A stretch of 64,000 nt of DNA from Acidobacteriota bacterium. GTDB lineage: Bacteria > Acidobacteriota > CAIWXX01. How positions within the stretch are numbered: the first letter of the stretch is position 1; each line of letters begins with the position of its first letter. Below are positions 47,377 to 58,239 of the stretch, piece by piece. Below the pieces are notes generated by a model that made no database searches, had not been told where the DNA came from, and saw only the letters and a list, made by a program, of their open reading frames with translations. The DNA lies in assembly GCA_040755995.1 (NCBI GenBank), contig JBFMAF010000054.1, positions 1 through 64,000 on the forward strand. Reading direction: 5' to 3'. The translations under genes and the position numbers were made by a program.

Positions 47377-49704
47377 TCAGTGGTTCCAGGTCAGTCCGAG
47401 TGTTATCGTGCGCCCTGGCTCGGGAACCTTGAAGCCCGAGCGGAATGGATCGCGCTGGTACGACAGATACTCGTAGTATGTCCTGTTGAAGATGTTGTCC
47501 AGCACAACCCATGCCGAGACTGAGCGGAAGCGCCATCCGCCACGCAGGTTCAGAACTGCATACCCGGGGGTTGGGCTCTCTAGCAGATCGGTGTCGACAT
47601 TATCCTGCGCTGCACCAAATATGCCTTCTGCTTCAGTCCAGATTCTCCCCTGATCGTATCGGAGCAGTAGACGGCCTTTGGCCGGGGGGATTTCCGACAT
47701 ATCGGAGGACTTGATCCCCTTGTCAGGCATCGTGTCTTGAATTCCACGGACCAGCGAAACCGATGCGGACATCGAGAGGCTCGATGTAAATGGGAAGGAA
47801 GCGGCCACCTCGGCTCCGTATCGACGCGCGTCCAGGTTCGCGAAGGACTTTGCCGCCTTGTTCATGATCCCCGGTATCATCTTCTGGCGGGGCTGCGAGT
47901 AGACCTGGATGTAGTTGCCGAGCCGATCGTAGAAGAGAGAGACGGTGGAGGCGAAGCCGGACTTGGAGAAATCGGCGGTGACGTCCACGCCCGTGGTAGA
48001 AGTCGGGTCGAGCGACGGATTGCCGACCCAATCCGTACCGCTGCGCCGGATAGCGACATAGAGCTCCTCGGGATCCGGCTGGCGGACGGAGTGGCCGATG
48101 CCGGCGCTCAGCTCGAGGCCGTTCCTGAAGTCCCTGACGAGCCTGGCGGAGCCGGATGTGAGCGCGTTGGAGCGATCGCCGGCCGTGACGCCGTGATATG
48201 CTTCGTAAAGGCTCTGGTTGAGAGGCTGGAAGTCTGCGGACGCCCATGCGCCATCCACGCGCCCTCCGAGTGTCAACACAAGCTTCTCCTGTATGGGCCT
48301 CGTGTACTCGGCATACGGGCCGATCATTCTCTGCCGGGCATCTGGTATCGATGCCTGCGCCGGCATCCCGTACATCGACGTCTTGCCACTCCATCGCCTG
48401 TCGGCCAGCTCGATGCCGCACGTGAGCCCGCCGGTGCACAGCTCGACTCGCCCACCCGCCACGATTGAGTCGGCCTGGGTAGCCATCTTGTATGCTGCGG
48501 GGACCGCGGCCGATGAGATGCGCAGCTCGTCGGTCATCCAGTGATCGACGCTGGTGTAATAGAACCTGGCCCTGATGGCATCGATTCCGCTGGCCGGATT
48601 CGCCTGCTCGAAGGCCAGCGCGAACCTGTCTGACGTGTCGGTGATTCCATCCATCTGCAGATATGGATACAGCACGTGGTCGGCGCGCTGGCGGGCGACC
48701 GACAGATCCAGAAGGCCCTTTTCCCCAATCCGCGCCTGCCCCTTCAACCAGGCTGCGCCCGCGCGATATGCATCGGTATCCATCGCCTGCGGTTTGTATC
48801 CGGCATTCTGCGTGAACGGTATGCCCGAGCCGTCTTCGTATACTCCCGAGCGGCGGTACGCAACGCCTCCCGCAGCCGAGAAGCTCTCTCCACCATAGGA
48901 CAATGTGAAGCCCGGGTTCACCGCGCCCCATGATCCGCCGGTGAAGGCCGCCCGGGCGTGGGTTCCCGCCTCGGCGTCGCGAGTCCAGACGTTCACCACG
49001 CCGCCCAGACTGCCCGCGTTCCGTATGTCGAACGGACCTTTGCTCACTTCAACGCGGTCTACTTCGGCGAAATCCACGTGAAACGCCGTCGGGTCCATCC
49101 CGTTGGGGCATGCGCCATACAGGCGTTGGCCGTCGATCAGGACATTCAGGTCTGCGCCATGGCTTCCGCGCACATTCAGATCGGATGCGATTGCGCCCTT
49201 GCGAATCTTCCACACGCCGGGAAGGCGAGTGAGCGCTTCTCCGACGTCGCGCGCAGAACCTTCTCGCAGCTCAGCCGCCTCCACAGTGTCCAGCGGAGAC
49301 TCCCCGATGACCGTCACCACCTCGTGGTACGCCCGAAGCGCCAGCTGAAAATCCACATTCGACGTGCTGCCGGGAGCAACGGCCAGGCCCGTGGTGGTCG
49401 TGGGCTCGAAACCGTCCAGCTCGACCGTCACATCGTAGAGACCCGGTTCGAGGGCCACCGATCGATACACACCTCGCTCGCCGGAGTAGCTCGTAGTCTG
49501 CCCGGCCTCACCGACTATCATGACTGAAGCTCCCTGAAGCCCGACGCCGCCCGGTCCGGAGATCACGCCTGTGAGGCTCCCTGTGCCCTTCGCGAACAAG
49601 GGCGCAGCCAGAAAGCCCACGAGCAGGATCATGAGCAGGACGAGCCGCGCGCTGTCAGCAAGAACATGATTGCATGAACCAATGTTGCAGCGTGGGTTCC
49701 CCAC
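47377..49704 (-). CDS. TonB-dependent receptor, OprC-like copper receptor, with N-terminal carboxypeptidase-regulatory-like domain
   Basis: IDG..GACPNGMDP, RVEVSKGP, VDHWM, DNIFNRTY, EPGRT..LTW; start uncertain. Confidence 0.85.
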   Translation of the reverse strand: MGNPRCNIGSCNHVLADSARLVLLMILLVGFLAAPLFAKGTGSLTGVISGPGGVGLQGASVMIVGEAGQTTSYSGERGVYRSVALEPGLYDVTVELDGFEPTTTTGLAVAPGSTSNVDFQLALRAYHEVVTVIGESPLDTVEAAELREGSARDVGEALTRLPGVWKIRKGAIASDLNVRGSHGADLNVLIDGQRLYGACPNGMDPTAFHVDFAEVDRVEVSKGPFDIRNAGSLGGVVNVWTRDAEAGTHARAAFTGGSWGAVNPGFTLSYGGESFSAAGGVAYRRSGVYEDGSGIPFTQNAGYKPQAMDTDAYRAGAAWLKGQARIGEKGLLDLSVARQRADHVLYPYLQMDGITDTSDRFALAFEQANPASGIDAIRARFYYTSVDHWMTDELRISSAAVPAAYKMATQADSIVAGGRVELCTGGLTCGIELADRRWSGKTSMYGMPAQASIPDARQRMIGPYAEYTRPIQEKLVLTLGGRVDGAWASADFQPLNQSLYEAYHGVTAGDRSNALTSGSARLVRDFRNGLELSAGIGHSVRQPDPEELYVAIRRSGTDWVGNPSLDPTSTTGVDVTADFSKSGFASTVSLFYDRLGNYIQVYSQPRQKMIPGIMNKAAKSFANLDARRYGAEVAASFPFTSSLSMSASVSLVRGIQDTMPDKGIKSSDMSEIPPAKGRLLLRYDQGRIWTEAEGIFGAAQDNVDTDLLESPTPGYAVLNLRGGWRFRSVSAWVVLDNIFNRTYYEYLSYQRDPFRSGFKVPEPGRTITLGLTWNH

Positions 49705-49767
49705 GAATGATTCCCTCCTGAGACTACCAAACCTAAGTCGAAGTCCTATGAGTGCTCCGCCCTCGCC

Positions 49768-50772
49768 CTAGCACCTCTGCCAGCCGGAGGAACCGGGTGA
49801 GATCGAGGGGGATTGGCCGGCGAGGCTCAGAACCTCCGGCAGCACCTCCTCGGGTGGTATCCGCGTCATGCAGCGGTGGTCGATCGGGCAGGAACGGCGA
49901 TGGCAGGGAGAGCAGGGGAGATCGCGCCGGAGAACGATCGACGGTGGATTGAATGGTCCCGTCGATCGGGGCTCGGTGCTTCCGAAGATGGCGACCACGG
50001 GCACGCGCAGAGCCGATGCGATGTGCAGCGGACCGGAGTCGTTCGTCACGAACACACGGCATCGCGAGATCCCGGCGATGAGTGCGCGCACACTGGTGCG
50101 GCCCGCGAGATCGATGCACGACCTCCCGATCGCCGCTGCAATGGCCGCGCAATTGCGCGCCTCCGACGGCCCGCCGAACAAGACGATGCGGAACCCGCGC
50201 TCCGACAGACTCCTTCCCAATGCCCCGAAACTCTCCGGCGGCCACCGCTTCGCCTCACCGTAGTGCGCCCCAGGGCTCATTCCGATGAAGCACTCGCCGG
50301 GCTGCAGCTCGCTGTCGCCGCGGACGTCCATGCACAGTGCGGGATCGCCATCGGCCCACCCGAGGGCACGCACGAGATCCCAGAAGTAGTAGACCTGGTG
50401 CCGCGCGTAAACGTCAGGTGGTGCAGGAATGGGCCGAGACAGCAGGAAGCCGCGGCCGTTCTTGCGATATCCCCAGATCTCGCGGCAGCCCGCCAGCCGC
50501 GGGACCATGGCTGAGTACAGGGAGTTCTGAAGCAGCAGGACCGCGTCGGGCGCGAGGCGGCGCACTTCGGCGACGGCGCGTCGCAGCGGGAGCCTCGAGT
50601 CGACCGATGCGCCGGCAATGCCATCGTAGAGCTCGGCCAACGGCGGGATCGCCATCACGATCAGCTCGTCGCATTGCTCGCGCGCCGCGCGCACCGCAGG
50701 CAGCGACATGACGGCGTCCCCAAGCCAGTTCGGCGCCCGCACAAGAAGGCGACGGCAGCGGTCGGCGGGCAT
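49768..50772 (-). CDS. waaF: LPS heptosyltransferase II (GT9)
   Basis: VRAPNWLGDAVMS, PGAHYGEAKRWP, DLAGRT, TNDSGPLH, FGST. Confidence 0.88.
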   Translation of the reverse strand: MPADRCRRLLVRAPNWLGDAVMSLPAVRAAREQCDELIVMAIPPLAELYDGIAGASVDSRLPLRRAVAEVRRLAPDAVLLLQNSLYSAMVPRLAGCREIWGYRKNGRGFLLSRPIPAPPDVYARHQVYYFWDLVRALGWADGDPALCMDVRGDSELQPGECFIGMSPGAHYGEAKRWPPESFGALGRSLSERGFRIVLFGGPSEARNCAAIAAAIGRSCIDLAGRTSVRALIAGISRCRVFVTNDSGPLHIASALRVPVVAIFGSTEPRSTGPFNPPSIVLRRDLPCSPCHRRSCPIDHRCMTRIPPEEVLPEVLSLAGQSPSISPGSSGWQRC

Positions 50773-50796
50773 GAGAGCTAGCAGCAGGCTCTGTAC

Positions 50797-50832
50797 CCGC
50801 AATCCGAAACTCGAGATCCGCAATCCGAAATC
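50797..50832. repeat. Degenerate heptamer tandem repeat (AATCCGC/AATCCGA)
   Basis: ccgc aatccga aactcga gatccgc aatccga aatc. Confidence 0.65.
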
Positions 50833-50899
50833 TGGTCTCGCCGCCCTCGAGAAGACGACGAGCGGCTCAGTGCCACGACACTGGCATTCGTAGGCATTT

Positions 50900-52390
50900 C
50901 TATCTCCCGCTTATCGAGTACTGTTCCTCGTGGAAAGAGGCATCGCTGAGTATTGTCATGCTCTTCTTCAACGATCTCTCCAGGTTGCGCACCACCTCTT
51001 TGTCTTCCTTCTTCAGCAGATCGGCCACCTCGGGGTGCACTCGAATGACGACCTCGGAGCCCTCCAGACTTCGGCGCAGCTTCCTGACTTCTCGCGCCAC
51101 CCAGTAGGCGATGGTATCGGCGGACTTGATCAGGCCGGCCCCCGCACAGTGCGGGCAGCCGCGGCTCATGAGCTTCACCACGCTGGACTGCACGCGCTTG
51201 CGCGTGATCAGCGCCAGTCCGAAGTCGTTGATCGGGAGGACGACTGTCGGATAGCGGTCCTTCTTCAGCTCCGCTTCCAGCGCCTTCACCACCTTGCGTT
51301 GGTTCTTGCGGTCCTCCATGTCGATGAAGTCGAGCACCAGGATTCCGCCCAGATTCCGCAGCCGGATCTGGCGGGCGACTTCCTTTGCGGCTTCGAGATT
51401 GGTATGGAGGATCGTTTCCTCGAAATCCTTCTTCCCGACGAACCGGCCTGTGTTGACGTCGATGGCCACGAGCGCCTCGGTCTCGTTGATGACGATGTAG
51501 CCGCCGGACTTGAGGACCACCTTGCTTCGGAGGCTCCGCTCCAGCTCCTCGGTGACTCCGTACTCGTCCAGGATATCGCGCTCGATGGTGTGGAGGCGGA
51601 CGCGCCTGGCCATCCGCGGGTTGATCCGGTCCAGCAGTTCCACGCACCGGAGGTATTCGCCCTCGCTGTCGATGCGGATTGTCGAGAAATCCGCCGTCAC
51701 GACGTCTCTCAGGAGCTTCTCGGTCAAGCTCAACTCGGAGTGCAGGCAGGCCGGTGCCTGCGCTGAGTCGGCCTTTTCGCGGATCTGCTCCCACGTGCCT
51801 GCGAGCAGCCGGATGTCGGTGGCGAGCTCGTCTTCGCTCTTGCCCTCGGCCGCCGTGCGAACGATGAATCCGCCTTGGCTCGACTTCCGATGTTTGCGGA
51901 TGATCGATCTCAGGCGCGCGCGTTCGTCGGCGGATTCGATCTTGCGCGAAACGCCGATGTGATCGACAGTCGGCATGAACACCAGGTAGCGGCCGGCGAG
52001 GGTCACGTGCGACGTCAGGCGCGCCCCTTTGAGCTCCATGGGCGCCTTCGCCACCTGCACCAGCACCTCCTGTCCAGCCTTCAACATCTGCTGGATCGGC
52101 TGTTTGTGCGACTTCGCCGGCGGCTGTTCGACCTCGTCGAAGACGCTCTCCGAGTCCTCGATCTCCTCATATATCTCCGTGACGTACAGGAATCCGTCCC
52201 GCTCCAGGCCGATATCCACGAAGGCGGCCTGCATTCCGGGAAGCACGCGCTTCACCCGCCCCTTGTAGACGCTTCCGACCATCGACCGATTCTTCCGCCT
52301 CTCGAAAAACAGCTCGGCCACCTCGCCCGCGTCCAACACCGCCGCTATCGTCTCCTCCGGCGTACTCGATATGATCAGTTCCTTGCTCAA
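50900..52390 (-). CDS. rng: Ribonuclease G/E family
   Basis: VLPGMQAAFVDIG S1 domain, IDVNTG, QIRLRNLGG..DFIDM, CPHC; no long RNase E C-terminus. Confidence 0.92.
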   Translation of the reverse strand: MSKELIISSTPEETIAAVLDAGEVAELFFERRKNRSMVGSVYKGRVKRVLPGMQAAFVDIGLERDGFLYVTEIYEEIEDSESVFDEVEQPPAKSHKQPIQQMLKAGQEVLVQVAKAPMELKGARLTSHVTLAGRYLVFMPTVDHIGVSRKIESADERARLRSIIRKHRKSSQGGFIVRTAAEGKSEDELATDIRLLAGTWEQIREKADSAQAPACLHSELSLTEKLLRDVVTADFSTIRIDSEGEYLRCVELLDRINPRMARRVRLHTIERDILDEYGVTEELERSLRSKVVLKSGGYIVINETEALVAIDVNTGRFVGKKDFEETILHTNLEAAKEVARQIRLRNLGGILVLDFIDMEDRKNQRKVVKALEAELKKDRYPTVVLPINDFGLALITRKRVQSSVVKLMSRGCPHCAGAGLIKSADTIAYWVAREVRKLRRSLEGSEVVIRVHPEVADLLKKEDKEVVRNLERSLKKSMTILSDASFHEEQYSISGR

Positions 52391-54834
52391 TCAATCACCA
52401 TCCTGGTCTCGTTGTCCGTGACCGGCAGGAAGGACCTCCAGTCATCACCACCCAGCACAACCGCAACACGTTTGAACTCCGATCGGCCCCGTTTCTCACC
52501 CGTCAGAGCCTCGTACACTCTATCCATCCTCGCCTCGGGATGCACTAGCAGAAATAGCCGTCCATCGCTCTCTACGGCCGACCGTACACGCATCCGCGGG
52601 TCGCCTGCATCCGTCGACGCATCGATGGGACGCCCGATCGAGTCCGCCTCGTAGACGGCTCCGACAACCTCCCGCGCCAGATGCGAACGAACGCCCGGGA
52701 TGCGGCGGACAATGAGAAAGCGGATCCCGGCGGGAAGCTGCCGATTCAATGCATCGATGATCTCCTCCGGACTCACCGCCGAACCGAGCCCGAAGTCGAG
52801 CACTTCGCGCATGCCTTCCATGCCGACCGGCAACGGCGGCCCGTAGGTGAACTTGGGCAGGGGGTTGAAACCTTTCGTAAAGGCCAGACGCAGGCCGCTC
52901 CGCCTGAACGCCATCCGGAGCGTGTGGCCCATGTCGAGATGCGAGAGGAACGCGGCAGGCCCGCGCTTCTCGTACCAGCCTCTGAACATCAGAGGTTCAG
53001 CTGGCGCGGCGATTTGCGGCGGAGGCTCGGGCCGAGTCACTTCGACCCGCTTCAACCTCAACATGTCGCCCTCCCGCGTCGTGCACGCCATACAGTCGGC
53101 GCACGCAACATCCAGGCAGCTCGCTGTGGTCGCACCGCCCAGGGCCTTCTCCCATTCCTTCCGATGTTCCTCCTTCGGCAGCGTCGTCTCGATGTGGTCC
53201 CAGGGTAGTGGCTCATCCAGCGGGATCTCCGAGGTGTATGTGCCGGCCTGAATTCCCGTCTGCTCCGAAGCCTGCCTCCAAACGTCGAACCGGAACTGGT
53301 CGGTCCAGCCGGCGAACCGCTGCCCCATCTGCCACGCCTGCTCGATCAGCGCGCCGACTGGCCGGTCGCCACGCGAGATCACAGCCTCTACATAGCTCAT
53401 CTCCGGGTGGTGATACTTGAAACGCACACCCTTGACGCGCGAGATCGCATCCCTGAGCGCCGCCTGCTTGTCCCGCAGCGTCTCCAGCGTCTCCTGAGCC
53501 GCCCACTGGAACGGCGTGTGCGGCTTCGGCACGAACGACGAGACGCTCACCGTGAGGCTCTTGCCTGGGAACGTCTTGACGACACGCCGCGCCATCTCCC
53601 CAATGGCCTCCACGTCCTCCGCCGTCTCGGTCGGCAATCCGATCATGAAGTAGAACTTGAGGCTGTTCCACCCCATCTTGAAGGCCTCACGGCAGCTCGC
53701 GAAGATCATCTCCTCCGTTATGTTCTTGGCGACGACGTCTCTGAGCCGCTGCGAGCCTGCTTCGGGAGCGATCGTGAAGCCCGTGCGCCTCCCGCGAGAG
53801 ATCTGCGCCGCCAGGTTCTGGTTGATGGACGACGCGCGCAGCGACGAGAGCGACAGCGAGCCCTTCTCGGCCCCCATCTGCTGCATGAGGATCTCCGAGA
53901 CGCGCTCGAGGTAGGGATAGTCACCGGAGCTCAGCGAGCAGAGCCCCACTTCGTCCTGCCCCGTCGCCTGCAACGCCCGCAGCGCGGTCTCGACGACCGA
54001 GTTGGGGTCGCGATATCGCGTCGGGCGGTAGATGACTCCGGCCTGGCAGAAGCGGCACCTATGCGGGCACCCCCGCATGACTTCCACCACCACCCGGTCG
54101 TGCACCGGCGGGACGCTCGAAACGGGGGTCGCGGCGGGCAGAGGCGCGAGGTCGAGCCTGCGTAGTACGCGTTTGCCGATGATCTTGTCTACAACTGTAG
54201 TAAATCTTCCGGCCCGCGTCTCCACCAGCGACGGGACATACGCGCCCGGTATTTCCGCGATGTCCCGCAAGATGCTCGCCCGCGGAGCCCGCGCCCGGCG
54301 CGCAACAGCCACGGCCCGCAGGATCTCGGCTGCGGCCTCCTCACCGTCCCCCACCAGGAACGCATCGAAGAAGTCCGCAACGGGTTCGGGATTGAAGGCC
54401 ATGGGACCGCCTCCAACAACCACCGGATCGGTGTCCGATCGGTCCGTCGCGCGGATCTGGATGCCGGCCAGGTCGAGCATCTCGAGGACATTTGTGTGGC
54501 CGAGCTCGTATTGGAGGGAGAACCCTACGACGTCGCAGTCGCGCAGCGGTGTAGAGGTCTCGAGCGTGAACAGCGGAAGCCGCTCGGCGCGAAGGCGGTC
54601 GGCCATGTCGGGCCACGGAGCGAAGCAGCGCTCGGCGGCCAGATCCGGCTTGGCGTTCACGGCCGCGTACAGGATCCTGAGCCCCAGATGGCTCATCCCG
54701 ATCTCGTAGACATCGGGAAAGCAGAGCGCCATCCGGCCGAGCACCGACGGCTTGGCGACCGAGTGCAACTCGCCGCCGACGTATCGCGCCGGCTTCTCGA
54801 CCTCCCCCAGCAGCTTCTGGATCGCAACCGTCAA
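52387..54834 (-). CDS. TIGR03960-type radical SAM protein fused to a DUF2344/TIGR03936 domain
   Basis: EKPARYVGGE, FPDVYEIGMSHLG, RGCPHRCRFCQAG, FLSHLDM..AFRRS; TTGA overlap with rodA. Confidence 0.9.
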   Translation of the reverse strand: MTVAIQKLLGEVEKPARYVGGELHSVAKPSVLGRMALCFPDVYEIGMSHLGLRILYAAVNAKPDLAAERCFAPWPDMADRLRAERLPLFTLETSTPLRDCDVVGFSLQYELGHTNVLEMLDLAGIQIRATDRSDTDPVVVGGGPMAFNPEPVADFFDAFLVGDGEEAAAEILRAVAVARRARAPRASILRDIAEIPGAYVPSLVETRAGRFTTVVDKIIGKRVLRRLDLAPLPAATPVSSVPPVHDRVVVEVMRGCPHRCRFCQAGVIYRPTRYRDPNSVVETALRALQATGQDEVGLCSLSSGDYPYLERVSEILMQQMGAEKGSLSLSSLRASSINQNLAAQISRGRRTGFTIAPEAGSQRLRDVVAKNITEEMIFASCREAFKMGWNSLKFYFMIGLPTETAEDVEAIGEMARRVVKTFPGKSLTVSVSSFVPKPHTPFQWAAQETLETLRDKQAALRDAISRVKGVRFKYHHPEMSYVEAVISRGDRPVGALIEQAWQMGQRFAGWTDQFRFDVWRQASEQTGIQAGTYTSEIPLDEPLPWDHIETTLPKEEHRKEWEKALGGATTASCLDVACADCMACTTREGDMLRLKRVEVTRPEPPPQIAAPAEPLMFRGWYEKRGPAAFLSHLDMGHTLRMAFRRSGLRLAFTKGFNPLPKFTYGPPLPVGMEGMREVLDFGLGSAVSPEEIIDALNRQLPAGIRFLIVRRIPGVRSHLAREVVGAVYEADSIGRPIDASTDAGDPRMRVRSAVESDGRLFLLVHPEARMDRVYEALTGEKRGRSEFKRVAVVLGGDDWRSFLPVTDNETRMVID

Positions 54835-55919
54835 TTCACGGTCCTCCGCATGCGCACGTTCAGGATGAGGCCGATCGAGATGAACATGGTTACCGTGAAG
54901 CTGCCGCCGTAGCTCAGAAACGGCAGCGGTATGCCGGTGATCGGCAGGAGGCCTGCGACCATCCCGACATTGATAATGATGTGAAAGGCGATGAGGGTCG
55001 TGAGGCATGCGGCCAGGTACAGGCCCTCGCGATCGCGCGCGTGGCGCGCGGCGCGGAGGCCGCGGAGGATGAGCACTGCATACAGGACAAGGACGCCGGT
55101 GGTTCCCAGGAATCCTTCTTCTTCAGCCAGCACGGAGAACACGAAGTCCGTGTGCCGCGCCGGCAGGAATTCGAGGCTGCTCTGGCTGCCCTTCCTGTAC
55201 CCGCGGCCGTAGACACCGCCGCTGCCGACGGCGATGCGGCTCTGGATGGAGTGATAGCCGCTGCCCCTGGGGTCGGTCCCGGGCGAGATGAAGCTCACAA
55301 CCCGCGCCCTCTGGTAGTCCTTCAACAGGAATATCCACGCCACGAGGCAGACGACGACCACGAGCAGCCCCATGGCCACGAACCACCTCGCTCGCAGTCC
55401 GGCCAGCATCAGCGCGCATCCGGCGATGGGGACGAGCGTCGCCGCGGTTCCCAGGTCCGGCTGAGCAGCGGTCAGAAGGAATGGAACGCCCGCGATCAGA
55501 CCGACCACGAGCACTTCGCGGGTGGAAGCCGTGGTCATGCGGAATTCGGCAAAAATCTTCGCAAGCATCAGGGCGAGGACGATCTTGGCAAGCTCGGACG
55601 GTTGAATCCTGATCGGCCCGACGACGATCCAGCTCTTGGCGCCCGAGATCGTGCGCCCGAAGATGAGCAGGTAGACCAGGAGCCCCATCACCGGCAGGTA
55701 GAGGACTGCGGCACGATCGGTCAGGCGGTGGTAGTCGATGGACATGGCGATCAGCATGAGGACGATGCCGATGCCGGTCCAGGCCGCCTGCCGCTGCGCG
55801 TAGTTGGCAGACAGATTCTGGGACGCGGAAGCGACGAGAAGCACGCCTATGACGGAGAGCAGGACGACTGTCAGGAGGAGGATCCAGTCGAGGTTAACTA
55901 GAAGCTTTCGATCGATCAT
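54831..55919 (-). CDS. rodA: Rod shape-determining protein RodA
   Basis: GAKSWI, IQPSELAK, QPDLGT, IAVGSGG, FLPARHTDF, LSYGGS. Confidence 0.96.
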   Translation of the reverse strand: MIDRKLLVNLDWILLLTVVLLSVIGVLLVASASQNLSANYAQRQAAWTGIGIVLMLIAMSIDYHRLTDRAAVLYLPVMGLLVYLLIFGRTISGAKSWIVVGPIRIQPSELAKIVLALMLAKIFAEFRMTTASTREVLVVGLIAGVPFLLTAAQPDLGTAATLVPIAGCALMLAGLRARWFVAMGLLVVVVCLVAWIFLLKDYQRARVVSFISPGTDPRGSGYHSIQSRIAVGSGGVYGRGYRKGSQSSLEFLPARHTDFVFSVLAEEEGFLGTTGVLVLYAVLILRGLRAARHARDREGLYLAACLTTLIAFHIIINVGMVAGLLPITGIPLPFLSYGGSFTVTMFISIGLILNVRMRRTVN

Positions 55920-57717
55920 GGAGCTCGAAGTACGTCTCGAGCACGGCCTTGGCGACCGGCGCCGCGGCCTCGCCGCCAGCCCCTCCGTGCTCGATGAACA
56001 CCGCGATGGCGACTTCGGGTTTCTGCCGCGGTGCGAATCCTATGAACCAGGAATGGACCTGGAGATCCCGTTTGGGCGCCTGCGGATTCTTGATGTTGGC
56101 CTTGCTGGCAAGCTGTACAGTGCCGGTCTTGCCGCATACATCCATACCTGGAATCGCGGCACGGCCGCCTGTTCCCCCCTGGTTCACGACGCCCCACATC
56201 CCGTCGCGCACGACGTCGAACGCGGGCTCCGCCACTGCGAGAGCCCGCACACCCTCGCCCGGTTCCGAAGGGAATACCTGGCGGTTCGTGTCGTAGTACG
56301 AGTGCAGGAGGTGTGGTTTGAAGGTTCGCCCGGATGAAGCGATGAGGGCTGCATGATAGGCCATCTGCATCGGGCTCACGAGCAGAGACCCTTGTCCGAT
56401 GGCGATCGATATCGTTTCACCGGCGTACCACGCCGTGCCGCGCACGCGCTTCTTCCAATCCGGGTCGGGCACGAGGCCGCCTTCTTCGCCCGGGAGATCG
56501 ATTCCTGTCGCCGAGCCGAAGCCGAGGGCTTTGGCATACTGGGCGATCTTCTCGATCCCGAGCTTCTTGCCCACCTGGTAGAAGTAGACGTTGCAGGAGT
56601 TGGTGATGGCGCTCCTCAGATTCATGCTCCCGTGGCCTCCCGCCTTCCAGCAGTGGAAAGTGTGCCCATAGATAGTGGCTGAGCCCGGGCAGAAGACGGT
56701 TGTAGAGGGTGTGATGACACCTTCTTCCAGTGCACCGATCGCTACGGTAAGCTTGAAGACGGAGCCGGGGGAATAGAGATTGTTGATCGCGCGGTTCTGC
56801 AGCGGGTGATCGGGGTTCGACACGATGGAGACCCAGTCCTGCTGCGAGCAATGCCCGGTTATGCTGTTGGGATCGTAGCCTGGGAGGGAGACCATCGCGA
56901 GCACCTCGCCGGTTCGCGTATCCAGGACGACGCCGCTGCCGACTTTGCCGCTCATGGCGGACTCGAGCGAATCCATGAGGTCGGTGTCCACGCTGAGGAC
57001 TATGGTGCGCCCGGCAGCCGGCTCGACTCTCTCGAGCTCCGTTATCTTGCGCCCCTTCGAGTTGACCACTTCGCGGCTCTTGCCGTCCGTGCCGCGGAGA
57101 ATGGAGTCGTAGCGTCTTTCGATTCCGGCCTGGCCGATGAGATCGCCTGGGCCGAGCCCATGGTAGGCGGGTAGAGCGAGCTGGCGTTCGGAAATCTCGC
57201 TGACGTAGCCGAGGATGTGGGCGGAACCGCCGCCAGTGCGGTAGTACCGTTTGAACTCGACCTTCACCGCCAGCTCGGGAAGCTCCAGGCGCCGCGCTTC
57301 CACGAACGCGACTTCCGCAGGTCCGACGTCCTCCTTGATGACGATCGGCATGAATGGAGGCAGCGACCGGTACTTGTGCAGGCGCGCGAGCACCGTGTTG
57401 ATATCGAGAAACGGGATGCGGCGGACCTTCTCGAGAGCGGCTCCCAGATCTCGCATGTTCTCGCGCACCAGCACGATACTGAAGGACGGCCGATTCTCGA
57501 CGAGGACCCGGTGGTTGCGGTCGAGGATCAGTCCGCGTGGCGCGGCGATCAGGCTCTCTCTTATCCGGTTCTCCTCGCTCAGAGCACAGTAGTAGTCGTT
57601 GCGCAGAACCTGCAGGACCCAGAAGGCGCCTACGAGAATGCCGAAGAAGATGCCGAGCACGACTTCGAGGACCGCCAGTCGCGATTCCAGGGGCTTCAGA
57701 TCGTCGTATATCTTCAT
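55894..57717 (-). CDS. mrdA: Penicillin-binding protein 2
   Basis: APRGLILDRN, PGSVFK (SxxK), SCN, GKTGT. Confidence 0.96.
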   Translation of the reverse strand: MKIYDDLKPLESRLAVLEVVLGIFFGILVGAFWVLQVLRNDYYCALSEENRIRESLIAAPRGLILDRNHRVLVENRPSFSIVLVRENMRDLGAALEKVRRIPFLDINTVLARLHKYRSLPPFMPIVIKEDVGPAEVAFVEARRLELPELAVKVEFKRYYRTGGGSAHILGYVSEISERQLALPAYHGLGPGDLIGQAGIERRYDSILRGTDGKSREVVNSKGRKITELERVEPAAGRTIVLSVDTDLMDSLESAMSGKVGSGVVLDTRTGEVLAMVSLPGYDPNSITGHCSQQDWVSIVSNPDHPLQNRAINNLYSPGSVFKLTVAIGALEEGVITPSTTVFCPGSATIYGHTFHCWKAGGHGSMNLRSAITNSCNVYFYQVGKKLGIEKIAQYAKALGFGSATGIDLPGEEGGLVPDPDWKKRVRGTAWYAGETISIAIGQGSLLVSPMQMAYHAALIASSGRTFKPHLLHSYYDTNRQVFPSEPGEGVRALAVAEPAFDVVRDGMWGVVNQGGTGGRAAIPGMDVCGKTGTVQLASKANIKNPQAPKRDLQVHSWFIGFAPRQKPEVAIAVFIEHGGAGGEAAAPVAKAVLETYFELHDRSKASS

Positions 57718-57723
57718 GGCTGC

Positions 57724-58239
57724 CTAAATCGAGGTGCGTTCACCAAGGCGTGCGATGGAGGCGGCGGAGTTCCGGCGGTTTTTGAAACGTTCGGTGATCT
57801 TGATGAAAACAGTCCCCGCGAGGGCGTTTCCGGCGGAGACGGTCAGGATCGAGCGTGGGTAGAGCACCGGAGAGATTTCCAGGATCCGGTCCAGAAGAAT
57901 CGATATGGCCACTTCGACCGCGGATGCGAAAAAGATGAGAGGCACCAGGAAGACGGTGCTTCGCACGATGAATCTCGCGTTGACCGCGCCCACCGCGTAT
58001 CCTACAAGGGTCTTGCCGACGGACGAAACCCCCAGCACCTGGGCCGAGAATGCATCCTGCATGAATCCTGCGATGCTGCCGGAGAGCATGCCCGCTGTCG
58101 GCGAGCCCCTCAGTGCCAGGATGATAACGACCAGCGTCAATGGATTCAGGTACTGGTGCACATGGCTCCAGAGGCGCCCCAACAGGACCTGGGCTACAAG
58201 TCCGATCACCAATCCCGAAACCACACCCAGGAAGCTCAT
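57724..58239 (-). CDS. mreD: Rod shape-determining protein MreD
   Basis: Hydrophobic 171 aa ORF between mreC and mrdA; GFMQDAFS..LG. Confidence 0.85.
   Translation of the reverse strand: MSFLGVVSGLVIGLVAQVLLGRLWSHVHQYLNPLTLVVIILALRGSPTAGMLSGSIAGFMQDAFSAQVLGVSSVGKTLVGYAVGAVNARFIVRSTVFLVPLIFFASAVEVAISILLDRILEISPVLYPRSILTVSAGNALAGTVFIKITERFKNRRNSAASIARLGERTSI

Noticed and set aside
49705..49767. Cobalamin or other riboswitch upstream of the TonB receptor
   Set aside because: The gap is only about 60 nt and shows no riboswitch consensus
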